A stretch of 64,000 nucleotides of DNA from an uncultured Actinomycetes bacterium (lineage in GTDB: Bacteria > Actinomycetota > Acidimicrobiia > Acidimicrobiales > JACDEA01), in contig CAVUMI010000005.1 in the NCBI GenBank assembly GCA_963742585.1, forward strand, positions 52,908 through 116,907, written 5' to 3'. Below the pieces are notes generated by a model. The model searched no databases, was not told the DNA's origin, and saw only the letters and a program-made list of their open reading frames with translations. Positions 52,798-62,320 of the stretch are shown one piece after another (the stretch's first letter is position 1; every line of letters starts with the position of its first letter). Position numbers and translations under genes: made by a program.

Positions 52798-54288
52798 ATG
52801 GCACGCGAGGTCGTTACGGGGTATTGCTGGCCGCAATCGGTCGCCGGTGGCGACCAGGTAGCGATCCACCTGTCGTCGTCAGGTGGGCGGCCGGTTCGGA
52901 TCGAGGTGGCGCGCGTCGGGTTCGGGCGCGAGGTCGTGTTCTCCGATGCAGCGGTAGCGGCCGATGAGCACGAAATACCCAAGGACGCGGCGTCACGCGG
53001 GTGCAACTGGCCGGTGGCGCTCTCCCTGGACGTCGACCGCGATTGGCGGTCGGGTTACTACGAGGTCGTCATGGAGATCGACGTCGGCGAGAAGGTCCGG
53101 CGTGACTACGCGTTCTTCGTCGTACGCCCCGTGGGCGCGCGCATCGTCCTCGCCCTGGCCACGAACACGTGGCACGCCTACAACGACTTCGGCGGACCCA
53201 ACCTGTACACCGGCGGAACGCACGTCTCGATGAAGCGGCCAATGTCGGCCGGCTACCTGTACAAGCCACCGGGCAAGGGACGCCGGGTGACGGGCACGGG
53301 CGCGCCCGACCCGCAGAACGCCGCGCACGTCGGCTACATCCAGCTGAACCACCTGTCCGGGTACGCCGGATCGGCGGGTTGGCCGGACTGGGAGCTTCCG
53401 TTCATCGAATGGGCCGAGCGCGAGGGATTCGAGATCGGCGTGGTCACCAATGCCGATCTCGAGGAGCACTCGGAGGTGCTGAAGGACGCGTCGTTGTATC
53501 TGTCGGTCGGTCATGACGAGTACTGGTCCAAGGGGATGCGCGACACCGTCGAGGCGTTCATCGCCCGGGGCGGCAACGCCGCGTTCTTCTCGGGGAACAC
53601 GTCGTTGTGGCAGGTGCGGATCGAGGGCGACGACCACGACGTGATGGTCGGCTACAAGGGCTTCTTCAAGAACGACCCGATGATGGAAACCGACCGCGAG
53701 CCCGAGGTCACGACGTTCTGGTCCGACGTGGTGGTCGGTCGGCCGGAGAACCACATGACCGGCGTGACGTTCACCCGCGGCGGCTACCACCGCATCGGCA
53801 AGAACGTGACCAGCGGGCTCGGCGGCTACACGGTCCACCGCGCCGGCCACTGGATTTTCGACGGCACCGGCCTCGGCTACGGCGACGTGCTGGGCGCGGG
53901 CGCGACCGTGGTCGGTTACGAGTGCGACGGTTGCGTGTTCACGTATCGAGACGGGCTGCCCTATCCGACGGGGGAGGACGGCACGCCGTCGACCTTCGAG
54001 ATCCTCGGTACGTGCCCGACCCAACACTTCACCCGCGAGTCCGCGCCGCGGCCGCCCAAACCCGGAGAGCCGAGTGAGTTGGAGTACATCGCGTCACGGG
54101 TGTTCGGCACCCGTGACCCCGAAGCGATGGAACGCATCCGTCACGGCCACGCCGTCTTCGGCGCCTACACGAACAAGGCGGGCGCAACTGTGGTCACGTC
54201 GGGGTCGACCGACTGGGCGCACGGGCTGGCCGGGCGCGATCCCCAGGTCGAACAGATCACCCGCAACATCTTGAGCCGGCTCGGGTGA
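52798..54288 (+). CDS. N,N-dimethylformamidase large-subunit-like (DUF6605-type) protein
   Basis: 496 aa. ...LALATNTWHAYNDFGGPNLY...LSVGHDEYWS...FFSGNTSLWQVR. The family assignment is from recollection only. Confidence 0.5.
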   Translation: MAREVVTGYCWPQSVAGGDQVAIHLSSSGGRPVRIEVARVGFGREVVFSDAAVAADEHEIPKDAASRGCNWPVALSLDVDRDWRSGYYEVVMEIDVGEKVRRDYAFFVVRPVGARIVLALATNTWHAYNDFGGPNLYTGGTHVSMKRPMSAGYLYKPPGKGRRVTGTGAPDPQNAAHVGYIQLNHLSGYAGSAGWPDWELPFIEWAEREGFEIGVVTNADLEEHSEVLKDASLYLSVGHDEYWSKGMRDTVEAFIARGGNAAFFSGNTSLWQVRIEGDDHDVMVGYKGFFKNDPMMETDREPEVTTFWSDVVVGRPENHMTGVTFTRGGYHRIGKNVTSGLGGYTVHRAGHWIFDGTGLGYGDVLGAGATVVGYECDGCVFTYRDGLPYPTGEDGTPSTFEILGTCPTQHFTRESAPRPPKPGEPSELEYIASRVFGTRDPEAMERIRHGHAVFGAYTNKAGATVVTSGSTDWAHGLAGRDPQVEQITRNILSRLG

Positions 54289-55007
54289 CGGCGGTGGACG
54301 AGTTCGACGTTCCCGATACCGCTGCCGCGTTACGCGGTTTGGATATGTCCGTCGCCAAGGCGATGCGTACACAGCGGGCGGTTCGCCGGCTGCATCTCGC
54401 CCCGGTCGACATGGAACTGCTCCTGCGACTCCTCGAGCTGTCGCTGAAGGCGCCGACCAGTTCGAACACGCAGGACTGGTCCTACCTCGTCGTCACCGAT
54501 CCGGCGCAGAAGGCGCGACTGGCCAAGCTGTACCGGCCACTATTCCACGCGTTCGATCCGATCGTCTCCCGGCAAGCTCGCAACGATCCCAAGGAGCTTC
54601 GCCAGATGGCGCCGGGCCAGTGGCAGGCGCAGCACTTCGCTGAGCTCCCGGTGTTCGTGGTCCCGTGCTACCGGCGCAACATGAAGCACCGTCCGACCGG
54701 TTGGCCGCAGATCTCGGTGTCGTCTTTCTACGGATCGGTGTACCCGGCGGTGCAGAACCTCCTCCTCGCCTGCCGCGCCGTCGGACTCGGCACGTCGATC
54801 CAGACGCTGCCGATCTGGATCGCGCCGCTGGCGCGCCGCGTCCTCGGTCTGCCGCGGTCGGTGGTGCCGGTGTGCATCATCCCGATCGGCTGGGCAAAAG
54901 GTCGGTACGGCCCGACGACCCGGCCGCCGATCGGCGAGGTTGTGCACCTCGATCGTTACGGGAACCAGCCGTACCTCCCATCGACGGTCGATGGAGGAGG
55001 GCATTGA
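54285..55007 (+). CDS. Nitroreductase-family protein
   Basis: GTG overlaps the upstream stop (GTGA). MRTQRAVRRL...LKAPTSSNTQDWSYLVV...AVQNLLLACRAVGLGT. Confidence 0.8.
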   Translation: MTAVDEFDVPDTAAALRGLDMSVAKAMRTQRAVRRLHLAPVDMELLLRLLELSLKAPTSSNTQDWSYLVVTDPAQKARLAKLYRPLFHAFDPIVSRQARNDPKELRQMAPGQWQAQHFAELPVFVVPCYRRNMKHRPTGWPQISVSSFYGSVYPAVQNLLLACRAVGLGTSIQTLPIWIAPLARRVLGLPRSVVPVCIIPIGWAKGRYGPTTRPPIGEVVHLDRYGNQPYLPSTVDGGGH

Positions 55008-55009
55008 GC

Positions 55010-55729
55010 GTGTCGGGCGACGCGTTCGGTGCCGCGCTCCTCGATCATCTTCACGGCCGCCCGGAAGGTGAGCTGCTTCTCGAGGTCGATGACGGCTACG
55101 TGACGCCGGCGATGCCCGCCCTTGCCTTCTTCCTGCCCGCGGAAGCCTGGTCGGCCGAAGAGCGTGAGGTCCTGGGCCATGCCAACGCGGGACCGGTACT
55201 CGACCTCGGAGCCGGCGCCGGTCGGCACACGTTGCACTTCCGGGCGCTCGGCCATGCGGTAACCGCGGTGGACTCGTCACCCGGTGCGGTCGACGTCTGC
55301 AAGGTCCGTGGCGTCGTCGACGTCCGCCTGGCCGATCTGACCGACCCGCCGACGGACAAGCAGTGGGCGACGGTGCTGCTCATGTGCGGCAATTTCGGAT
55401 TGGCCGGCGGGTGGGACGAGACGCGGGCGTTGCTGCGTCGCTTGGCCGACGTGTCAGCCAAGCACGCAGTTCTCATTGCCGATACCGTCGATCCAACGCT
55501 GATGGAGGACGAACACTCCGTGGCCCACCGCGCCCGTAACGTCGCGATGGGCGCCCACGTGGGCCGCGTCCGCCTGCGACTCCGCTATGGCGCGGTGGAG
55601 AGTGCGTGGTGGAATCTGCTCAACGTCCCGATCGCCGACGTGACGCCGCTTGTCGCGGATACCGGGTGGACGCTCGAGACGCACCTCGTTGCGTCAGTGG
55701 ACCACTACCTCGTCCTTCGGCGGGCGTGA
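55010..55729 (+). CDS. Class I SAM-dependent methyltransferase (paralog of 10176..10763)
   Basis: VLDLGAGAGRHTLHF (motif I). The GTG/TTG start lies 0-6 bp after the nitroreductase stop. Confidence 0.7.
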   Translation: MSGDAFGAALLDHLHGRPEGELLLEVDDGYVTPAMPALAFFLPAEAWSAEEREVLGHANAGPVLDLGAGAGRHTLHFRALGHAVTAVDSSPGAVDVCKVRGVVDVRLADLTDPPTDKQWATVLLMCGNFGLAGGWDETRALLRRLADVSAKHAVLIADTVDPTLMEDEHSVAHRARNVAMGAHVGRVRLRLRYGAVESAWWNLLNVPIADVTPLVADTGWTLETHLVASVDHYLVLRRA

Positions 55730-55859
55730 CAATTCGGTTGCGCGAGCCGCCGGCTATCTGTTCCACTCGCACGACCACCGATCAACCGAGGAGGGAAGTT
55801 GCGCACATCGTTCGTGTCCATGCGGAAGGGAGTTGCCCATCGAAAGGACATGACGCGCT

Positions 55860-57657
55860 GTGCGAACTTTGAACCTGGGCATCCTTGCCCACGTAGACGC
55901 CGGTAAGACCACCCTCACCGAGCGCCTGCTCTACTCTGCCGGGGTCATCGACGAGATCGGTAGCGTCGACAAAGGCAGTACCCAAACCGACTCGTTGCCC
56001 CTCGAACGACAACGGGGCATCACCATCAAGTCGGCCGTCGTTTCGTTCACGATCGGCGACGTCGCGGTCAACCTGATCGACACACCGGGCCACCCCGACT
56101 TCATTGCCGAAGTCGAGCGCGTACTCAACGTGCTCGACGGTGCTGTGCTCGTGGTCTCGGCCGTCGAAGGCGTGCAGTCGCAGACCCGCGTGTTGATGCG
56201 GGCGCTGCGCCGCCTTCGCATTCCGACCCTCATCTTCATCAACAAGATCGACCGCCGCGGGGCCGATGCTGCTGCCGCGCTCGCGGCAATCGAGGGAGAA
56301 GCTGATACCGGACATCGGCAGCGATCACCGAGTGTTTGTCGGGTCGGCGATCACCGGGGCCGGCATCGACGCGCTCACAAAAGGGATCGCCGAGGTGCTG
56401 CCGGCTGGTCGGGGTGATGTCGACGAACCCTTGTCGGGATTGGTCTTCAAGGTCGATCGTGGTGCCAGCGGCGAGAGGGTCGCGTACGTGCGCGTCTTGA
56501 CGGGAAGACTCGCAGTGCGAGACCGCGTGCCCACATCTGGCGGGCGCGAGGCGCGGGCGACGCGCGTCGATGTGTTTGACCAAGGCACGACGGAGCGTCG
56601 AGGCGAGGTCGTGGCCGGCCAGATCGCCAAGGTGTGGGGTCTGGGCGATGTGCGTATCGGTGACGTTCTCGGCCGTTCCGACACGGAGGGAGCGCAGCAC
56701 CGTTTCGCTCCTCCCACGTTGGAGACAGTCGTCGTCCCGCACACAGCGAGGGAGAAGGGTGCGCTCCACGCTGCGCTCGTACAGCTGGCGGAACAGGACC
56801 CGCTGATCAACGTACGGCAGGACGACACGAAGCAGGAGATCTCCGTATCGCTCTACGGCGAGGTCCAGAAGGAGGTGATCCAGGCGACACTGGCGAGCGA
56901 CTTCGGCCTTGATGTCACGTTCCGGGAAACGACGACGGTCTACATCGAGCGTCCGAAGGCCACGGGTGCTGCGCTGGAGCGGCTTCAAGCGGAGACCCAT
57001 CCGTTCTCCGCGACGATCGGTCTTCGGATCGAGCCCGCCACTCCCGACTCCGGCGTCGAGTTCCGACTCGACGTCGACCCGCGCCTGCTCCCGGTTCACA
57101 TCTACAAGACGGCGGAGAAGTTCGCCTCGGCTATGACGCAGTACATCTGCAGTTCGCTCGACGAAGGCCTCTTTGGGTGGCGGGTGACCGACTGTCTCGT
57201 GACGATGACCGACTGTGGCTACTACGCCAGCGACGGGCCGACGAAGCCCACGCTGCCGACGGCGAGAAGCACGGCGACGGACTTCCGTGGCCTTGCACCC
57301 CTCGTGCTGATGTCCGCGCTCGAGCGAGCCGCGACGGTGGTTTGCGAACCGATCTTGCGGGCAAGCATCGAGGTCCCAACCGCAACCGTGGGCGGCGTTC
57401 TTGCCGCGGCGGCACGGCTGGGCGAAGTGGTGGCCGCGCCATCGGTGCGGGGGGATCTCTCGGTGATCGAGGCCTTGTTCTCCGCTGCTCGGGCGCAGGA
57501 TTTCGCCCGCCAGCTGGCGCGCCTCACGGGCGGCGAGGGAGTCGTCGAAACGAACTTTGACGGCTATCGACCCGTCCGCGGCGCGCAACCGAGCCGGCCA
57601 CGGTCGATTCACCACCCGCTCAACCGGACGGAATACCTGCGCCACGTCAGGGGGTAA
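55860..57657 (+). pseudogene. Tet(M)/Tet(O)/OtrA-like ribosomal-protection (EF-G-like) GTPase, frameshifted with a probable internal deletion
   Basis: G1-G4 motifs are present: [19 protein letters not shown]. The frame changes near 56285 (...[10 protein letters not shown] versus ...[28 protein letters not shown]). The segment between G4 and G5 looks about 50 aa shorter than I expect. Domains II-V follow intact. Confidence 0.7.
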
Positions 57658-58642
57658 GCGTCACCTTTATCGCGTCGGTTCCCTTGTCGGCGGCGGTCGT
57701 GAACGCGGTGGCGACGTCGTCCAACGGGAACTGATGGGTGGTGAGCGTGCTCAGCTCGTCGCGCCAGCGGCCCGTAAGGCGTGCCGCGGTGGCGAACTCC
57801 GGCTCGCGGTTCCCGCCGCCGTAGCAGAACGACCCGATGAGCGAGACCTCCTTCATCATCAGGCTCTGCAGGTTCAGCGGCATGGGCTGGTTGAACGCGC
57901 CGAGGACGACGATGCGCCCGCCGCGCCCGACGAGGCCGATTGCCTCGGCGACGGTACCGGCGCGACCACCGACGCTCTCGATGACGACCTCGGGCCGATG
58001 CTCCTTGGCCCACGCGGCCGCCTCGTCCTCGGCGAGCACGGTCGCACCGAGCCGCTCGGCCGCGGCCCGTTGGTGCGGATAACGGGCGGTAATCGCCACG
58101 CGGGCGACTCGATCACGGGCAACGAGCGCGGCGCACAGGCCGATGGCGCCGGCGCCCATGACGAGCACGTTGCTGTCGGGCTGCGCACGGGCGAGGCCCA
58201 CGGCCCGGACCGTGACCGCGAGCGGCTCGGTCAGTGACGCGGTGATTGCGTCGACACCGTCGGGAATCGGGGCGAGGTTGGCGAGCGGCGCGTCGACCAA
58301 CTCGGCGAGGCCGCCGTCGCGCCCAAGGCCGATGCCCGCGCCGCCGCGTCCGCAGAGGTTGGTTCGCCCGGTCCGGCAGAACAGGCACACGCCGCAGGCG
58401 ACGTTGGGCGAGACCGCGTAGCGCACATCAGGCAACCCAGGCGGGCCGTCGATGACGACGCCGGCCAGCTCATGGCCGGGTGCGGTGCCGATCGGGCGGG
58501 CGAGGTCGCCGTGCCAGAAGTGCAGGTCTGATCCGCAGATCCCACAGGCCTCTACGCGCAACCGGACCCAACCGGGCTCGAGCGGCCCCGGCTCAGAATC
58601 GACGACGTCGAGTCCGGTGGCACTCCACACAGCACGGCGCAT
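57647..58642 (-). CDS. Zinc-dependent alcohol dehydrogenase (MDR family)
   Basis: Contains CGICGSDLHFW, GHELAG, CGVCLFCRTGRTNLC (structural Zn) and VMGAGAIG. Confidence 0.85.
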   Translation of the reverse strand: MRRAVWSATGLDVVDSEPGPLEPGWVRLRVEACGICGSDLHFWHGDLARPIGTAPGHELAGVVIDGPPGLPDVRYAVSPNVACGVCLFCRTGRTNLCGRGGAGIGLGRDGGLAELVDAPLANLAPIPDGVDAITASLTEPLAVTVRAVGLARAQPDSNVLVMGAGAIGLCAALVARDRVARVAITARYPHQRAAAERLGATVLAEDEAAAWAKEHRPEVVIESVGGRAGTVAEAIGLVGRGGRIVVLGAFNQPMPLNLQSLMMKEVSLIGSFCYGGGNREPEFATAARLTGRWRDELSTLTTHQFPLDDVATAFTTAADKGTDAIKVTLTP

Positions 58643-58726
58643 GCCTTGCACCGTACGTCTCTCAGCTCTTGACTCGCCGGAGAATTGGTGGAACCATTCA
58701 GCCATTCGCTGATTGAGGGAGCCGCC

Positions 58727-59880
58727 ATGACGACGTATGCCGGGAACCGCCGCTGCGCAGACGCGGACAGTCACCTGATGGAGGAGCCCGGGTGGTTGGC
58801 GAGCTTCGCCGATGCGTCGGTCCGGGATCGGCTGCCCGACTTCTCCGCCGAGGTGGCGGCCGCGGTCAAGGCCGGGATGGCCCGGCGGCCCGACGGCCCG
58901 ATCGACGAGTTGTCGCCCAAGGAGCTGCTCGGCGCGAAGGGCTGGGCGGCGATCGGCGCCCTCGACCCGAGCGAACGGACCAAGGCGCTGGACATTCTCG
59001 GCTTCGAGCAGCAGATCGTGTTCCCGACATTCGCGCCCACGCAGTTCATGTTCTCGAAGGACGACGATCTCTTCTACGGCGGCATCGACGCCTTGAACCG
59101 TGGCATGGCGGAGACGTGCGCCGCGGACGAACGGCTGCTGGCCGTCGGGTTCGTCTCGCTGCGCGACCCCGACCGCGCCATGGTCGCGCTCGAGCGCGCG
59201 CTCGACGTCGGGTGCCGCGCCGTGCTTGTGCCGTCGGCGGCGGACGGCAATCGTTCACCCGCGCACGTCTTGCACGATCCCGTGTGGGCTCGCACGCGGA
59301 GGCTGGCGTTCCCGTCCTGTGTCACATCGGGTTCGGGTCCGGCGGCTTGCGGCCGGCGTGGCACGACAATGGCCGCCCGCTCCCCAAGGACCATCTCGGC
59401 GGGGGAGAGAACCTACGGGCCAAGGACTTCCCTGCGGTACACCACAACGCCGAGAAGTTCTTGACTTGCCTCACGCTCGATGGTGTGTTCGAACGGTTCC
59501 CCGAGCTCCGGTGTGGCGTCATCGAGTTGGGCGCGTCGTGGGTCCCCGGGTTCCTGCGCCAGCTCGATGCCGCCGCTCGCCACATGGGCAAGAACGAACC
59601 GATGATCGGCGAACTGACCATGGCGCCGTCGGACTACATACGCCGTCAGGTGAGATTCACGCCCTTCCCGTTCGACGACGTCGGGTGGCTCATCGAGCAG
59701 GAAGGCGATGAGCTGTTCTTGTTTTCTTCCGACTACCCGCATCCCGAAGGCGGTCGCGACCCGATCAGCCGGTTCGAGGCGTCCCTTGACGCCGCGGGCA
59801 TCGGCGAGGATGAACGCGCCCGCTTCTACGCCGGCAACTTCGACGAGTTCATCGGCCTCGCGTCGAGCTCGGTCGGCTGA
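58727..59880 (+). pseudogene. Amidohydrolase-2 (ACMSD-like metal-dependent hydrolase) with a frameshift near 59297
   Basis: The N-terminal part (ADADSHLME...IVFPTF...) is in the 58685 frame. After HDPVWAR the continuation (AEAGVPVLCHIGFG...FSSDYPHPEG) is in the 58792 frame. Confidence 0.65.
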
Positions 59881-59883
59881 CCG

Positions 59884-60480
59884 ATGCGACTCGACCAACC
59901 GCGCATCGCCCCGATGGCCCCAGAGGATTGGCCCGAGGACGCGATTGCGTTGCTGCACTCCATCCGGGACCTCGTCGGCTACGACATGAACTGGTTCTCG
60001 ACGCTGGCCCAACACCCGAAGCTGTACAGGCGCTTCGTGGTGTTCGGCAACCACGTCCGGTTGAAGTCGTCCCTACGCTCGAGGGATCGCGAGCTGCTCA
60101 TCCTGCGCACCTGCTGGCTCTGCGATTGCAGCTACGACTTCACCCACCACATCACCGTCGGGCGAGCCCTCGATTTCAGCGACGAGTTGATCGAGCGCGT
60201 CAAAGAGGGGCCTGACGCGGACGGGTGGGACGATCACGACGCGGCGCTGCTGCGCGCCGCCGACGAGCTGCACGCGAACACGTTGATCTCCAACACGACC
60301 TGGTCCACGCTCGCCCAGCGGTATTCGACCGAACAGCTCATGGACGTCGTGTTCTGCGTTGGCCAGTACGTATCGGTCTCCATGGCGGTGAAGTCCTTCG
60401 GCGTTCAGCTTGAGCCCTGGGCCCACGACCACCAAGTGGCCCGCTCCCTTCCGCCCCGACCGAAAGGCACCCGAGCATGA
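59884..60480 (+). CDS. Carboxymuconolactone decarboxylase (CMD/AhpD-like) family protein
   Basis: ...RDRELLILRTCWLCDCSYDFTHHITVGRALDFSDELIERV is the CMD core helix pattern. Confidence 0.65.
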   Translation: MRLDQPRIAPMAPEDWPEDAIALLHSIRDLVGYDMNWFSTLAQHPKLYRRFVVFGNHVRLKSSLRSRDRELLILRTCWLCDCSYDFTHHITVGRALDFSDELIERVKEGPDADGWDDHDAALLRAADELHANTLISNTTWSTLAQRYSTEQLMDVVFCVGQYVSVSMAVKSFGVQLEPWAHDHQVARSLPPRPKGTRA

Positions 60481-61571
60481 GCCGCGACAACGTCAACGAT
60501 CTGGAGGCGATCCTCCTGATCAGTCCGCCGCCGGTGGACGAGATCATCCGCGAGGTCCAGGCCGCTGGTGAGATTCGCTTTACGTGGGACTACGACCGCG
60601 CCCGCCCCGCGCTCGAGAAGCTGTACGAGAAGGCGAAGCGCCCAGTGGAAGCGTCGGTCGACGTCGACTGGTCGCAGGACGTCGACCCCGAACGAATCGC
60701 CCGCGGGCTGCTCGAATCGCATCCCGAGATGTTGATGTACCAGCACAAGGCCAAGACCGACTCGTCGATCCCGATCTACGGGTGGACCGACGAGCAGTTC
60801 GTGCAGCTGGCGATCGAGTACCAGACGCAGTTCCTCAGCCAGATCGTGCACGGCGAACAGGGCGCGCTGGTGTGCACTGCGAAGATCTGCGAGCAGGTGC
60901 CGTGGATCGACGCCAAGTACTACGCGTCGACCCAAGTGATGGACGAGGCGCGTCATGTCGAAGTGTTCAGCCGTTACCTCGACACGAAGCTGGGGGGTCA
61001 TCACCCGATCAGCGGGCACCTGCTCGCGTTACTCGAAGACATCCTCGGCGACGCCCGATGGGACATCACCTACCTCGGCATGCAGATCATGATCGAGGGA
61101 CTCGCGCTCGCCGCGTTCGGCTTCCTACATGCCGTTACGCCGGATCCGCTGCTGAAGACGATCCTTCGCTACGTGATGAGCGACGAGGCGCGCCACGTAG
61201 CGTTCGGCGTGCTGTCGCTGGCCGAGGTATACGACGGCATGAGCGCGGAAGAGATCAAGGACCGTCAGGAGTTCGCGTTCGAGGCCGGCCTGCGCATGCG
61301 CGACCGCAGCTTCAATCAGGACTTCTGGGAGCGCCTCGGCGTCGACCCGCGCGCCCAACTCAAGTGGCAGATAGCGAACCTCGACACCGCCATGTACGGC
61401 GGCGTCTTGTTCTCCAAGATCGTGCCAAACGTCAAGAAGCTCGGCCTGCTCGACGCGGGCGACGGCTGGCTGCGCGGGAAGTACACCGAGATGGGGATCA
61501 TCCAGTACGAGGACTGGGTCGACACCGCCGAGGAGTACGTCGCCTTCGACGCCGTCGACACGGCGAGCTGA
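60477..61571 (+). CDS. Ferritin-like diiron-carboxylate protein (R2/AurF-like oxygenase candidate)
   Basis: Four metal-ligand-like motifs in order: HGEQGAL, MDEARHVEVF (ExxH), MIEGLAL, SDEARHVAFG (ExxH). It overlaps the upstream gene by 4 bp. Confidence 0.55.
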   Translation: MSRDNVNDLEAILLISPPPVDEIIREVQAAGEIRFTWDYDRARPALEKLYEKAKRPVEASVDVDWSQDVDPERIARGLLESHPEMLMYQHKAKTDSSIPIYGWTDEQFVQLAIEYQTQFLSQIVHGEQGALVCTAKICEQVPWIDAKYYASTQVMDEARHVEVFSRYLDTKLGGHHPISGHLLALLEDILGDARWDITYLGMQIMIEGLALAAFGFLHAVTPDPLLKTILRYVMSDEARHVAFGVLSLAEVYDGMSAEEIKDRQEFAFEAGLRMRDRSFNQDFWERLGVDPRAQLKWQIANLDTAMYGGVLFSKIVPNVKKLGLLDAGDGWLRGKYTEMGIIQYEDWVDTAEEYVAFDAVDTAS

Positions 61572-61575
61572 GCGA

Positions 61576-62316
61576 GTGCTCTACGAGAAGATCGACAAGG
61601 AAGACCTCTCCGCTGGGGTGGCCCGTCAGCTCCGAAGCGCCATCCTCACTGGCGTCCACCAGCCCGGCGAGTTGTTGCCTCCTGAGCGCGACTTGGCGGC
61701 TCAATTCGGCGTCGACCGCCACACGCTGCGATCCGCGCTCACCGAGCTCGAGCAACTCGGGCTGGTGCAACGCCGCCAGGGGTCGGGGAGCCGGGTGCTG
61801 GACTTTCGCGACACCGGCACGCTCGATCTCATCAAGTATCTGGTGGTCAAGCCCGGGACCGACGAGCTCGATCCGACGATGGTCACGTCCGTTTTGGAAG
61901 TCGGACGGGTCGCCTTGCAGGGCCTTATCGATCTCGTCGTCGAACGCGTGGACGCGGCGGACCTTGCGGTCATGCGAGAAGCGCTCGACGGGCTCGCAGA
62001 CACCGTCGCCGAGGGCGACGTTCGAACGATCATCCGGACCGAGCGCCGCTTCTTCAAGCAAGTCTTTCGGGGGGCACATTCACTTGCTGCCGAGCTCTTG
62101 GTCAACACACTCGATCAGATCTTCGATGCCGCTATCGACCCCGAAGGCCGCGTCCGCGCACACTGGGACGACGCGATGGTCAGCTCCGGCCGCTTCGACG
62201 CCTACCACCGCGTTATCGACGCCATCGAGCGCCGTGACGCGCTCGATGCGCGACAGCTCGTCGAGTTGATCTTCGCCACGATTCCGGCGTCGGTTACGAC
62301 GGCACGCAAGGCCTGA
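61576..62316 (+). CDS. GntR/FadR-family transcriptional regulator
   Basis: LPPERDLAAQFGVDRHTLRSALTELEQLGLV is the wHTH, followed by a helical FCD-like C-terminal domain. Confidence 0.8.
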   Translation: MLYEKIDKEDLSAGVARQLRSAILTGVHQPGELLPPERDLAAQFGVDRHTLRSALTELEQLGLVQRRQGSGSRVLDFRDTGTLDLIKYLVVKPGTDELDPTMVTSVLEVGRVALQGLIDLVVERVDAADLAVMREALDGLADTVAEGDVRTIIRTERRFFKQVFRGAHSLAAELLVNTLDQIFDAAIDPEGRVRAHWDDAMVSSGRFDAYHRVIDAIERRDALDARQLVELIFATIPASVTTARKA

Positions 62317-62320
62317 ACCG

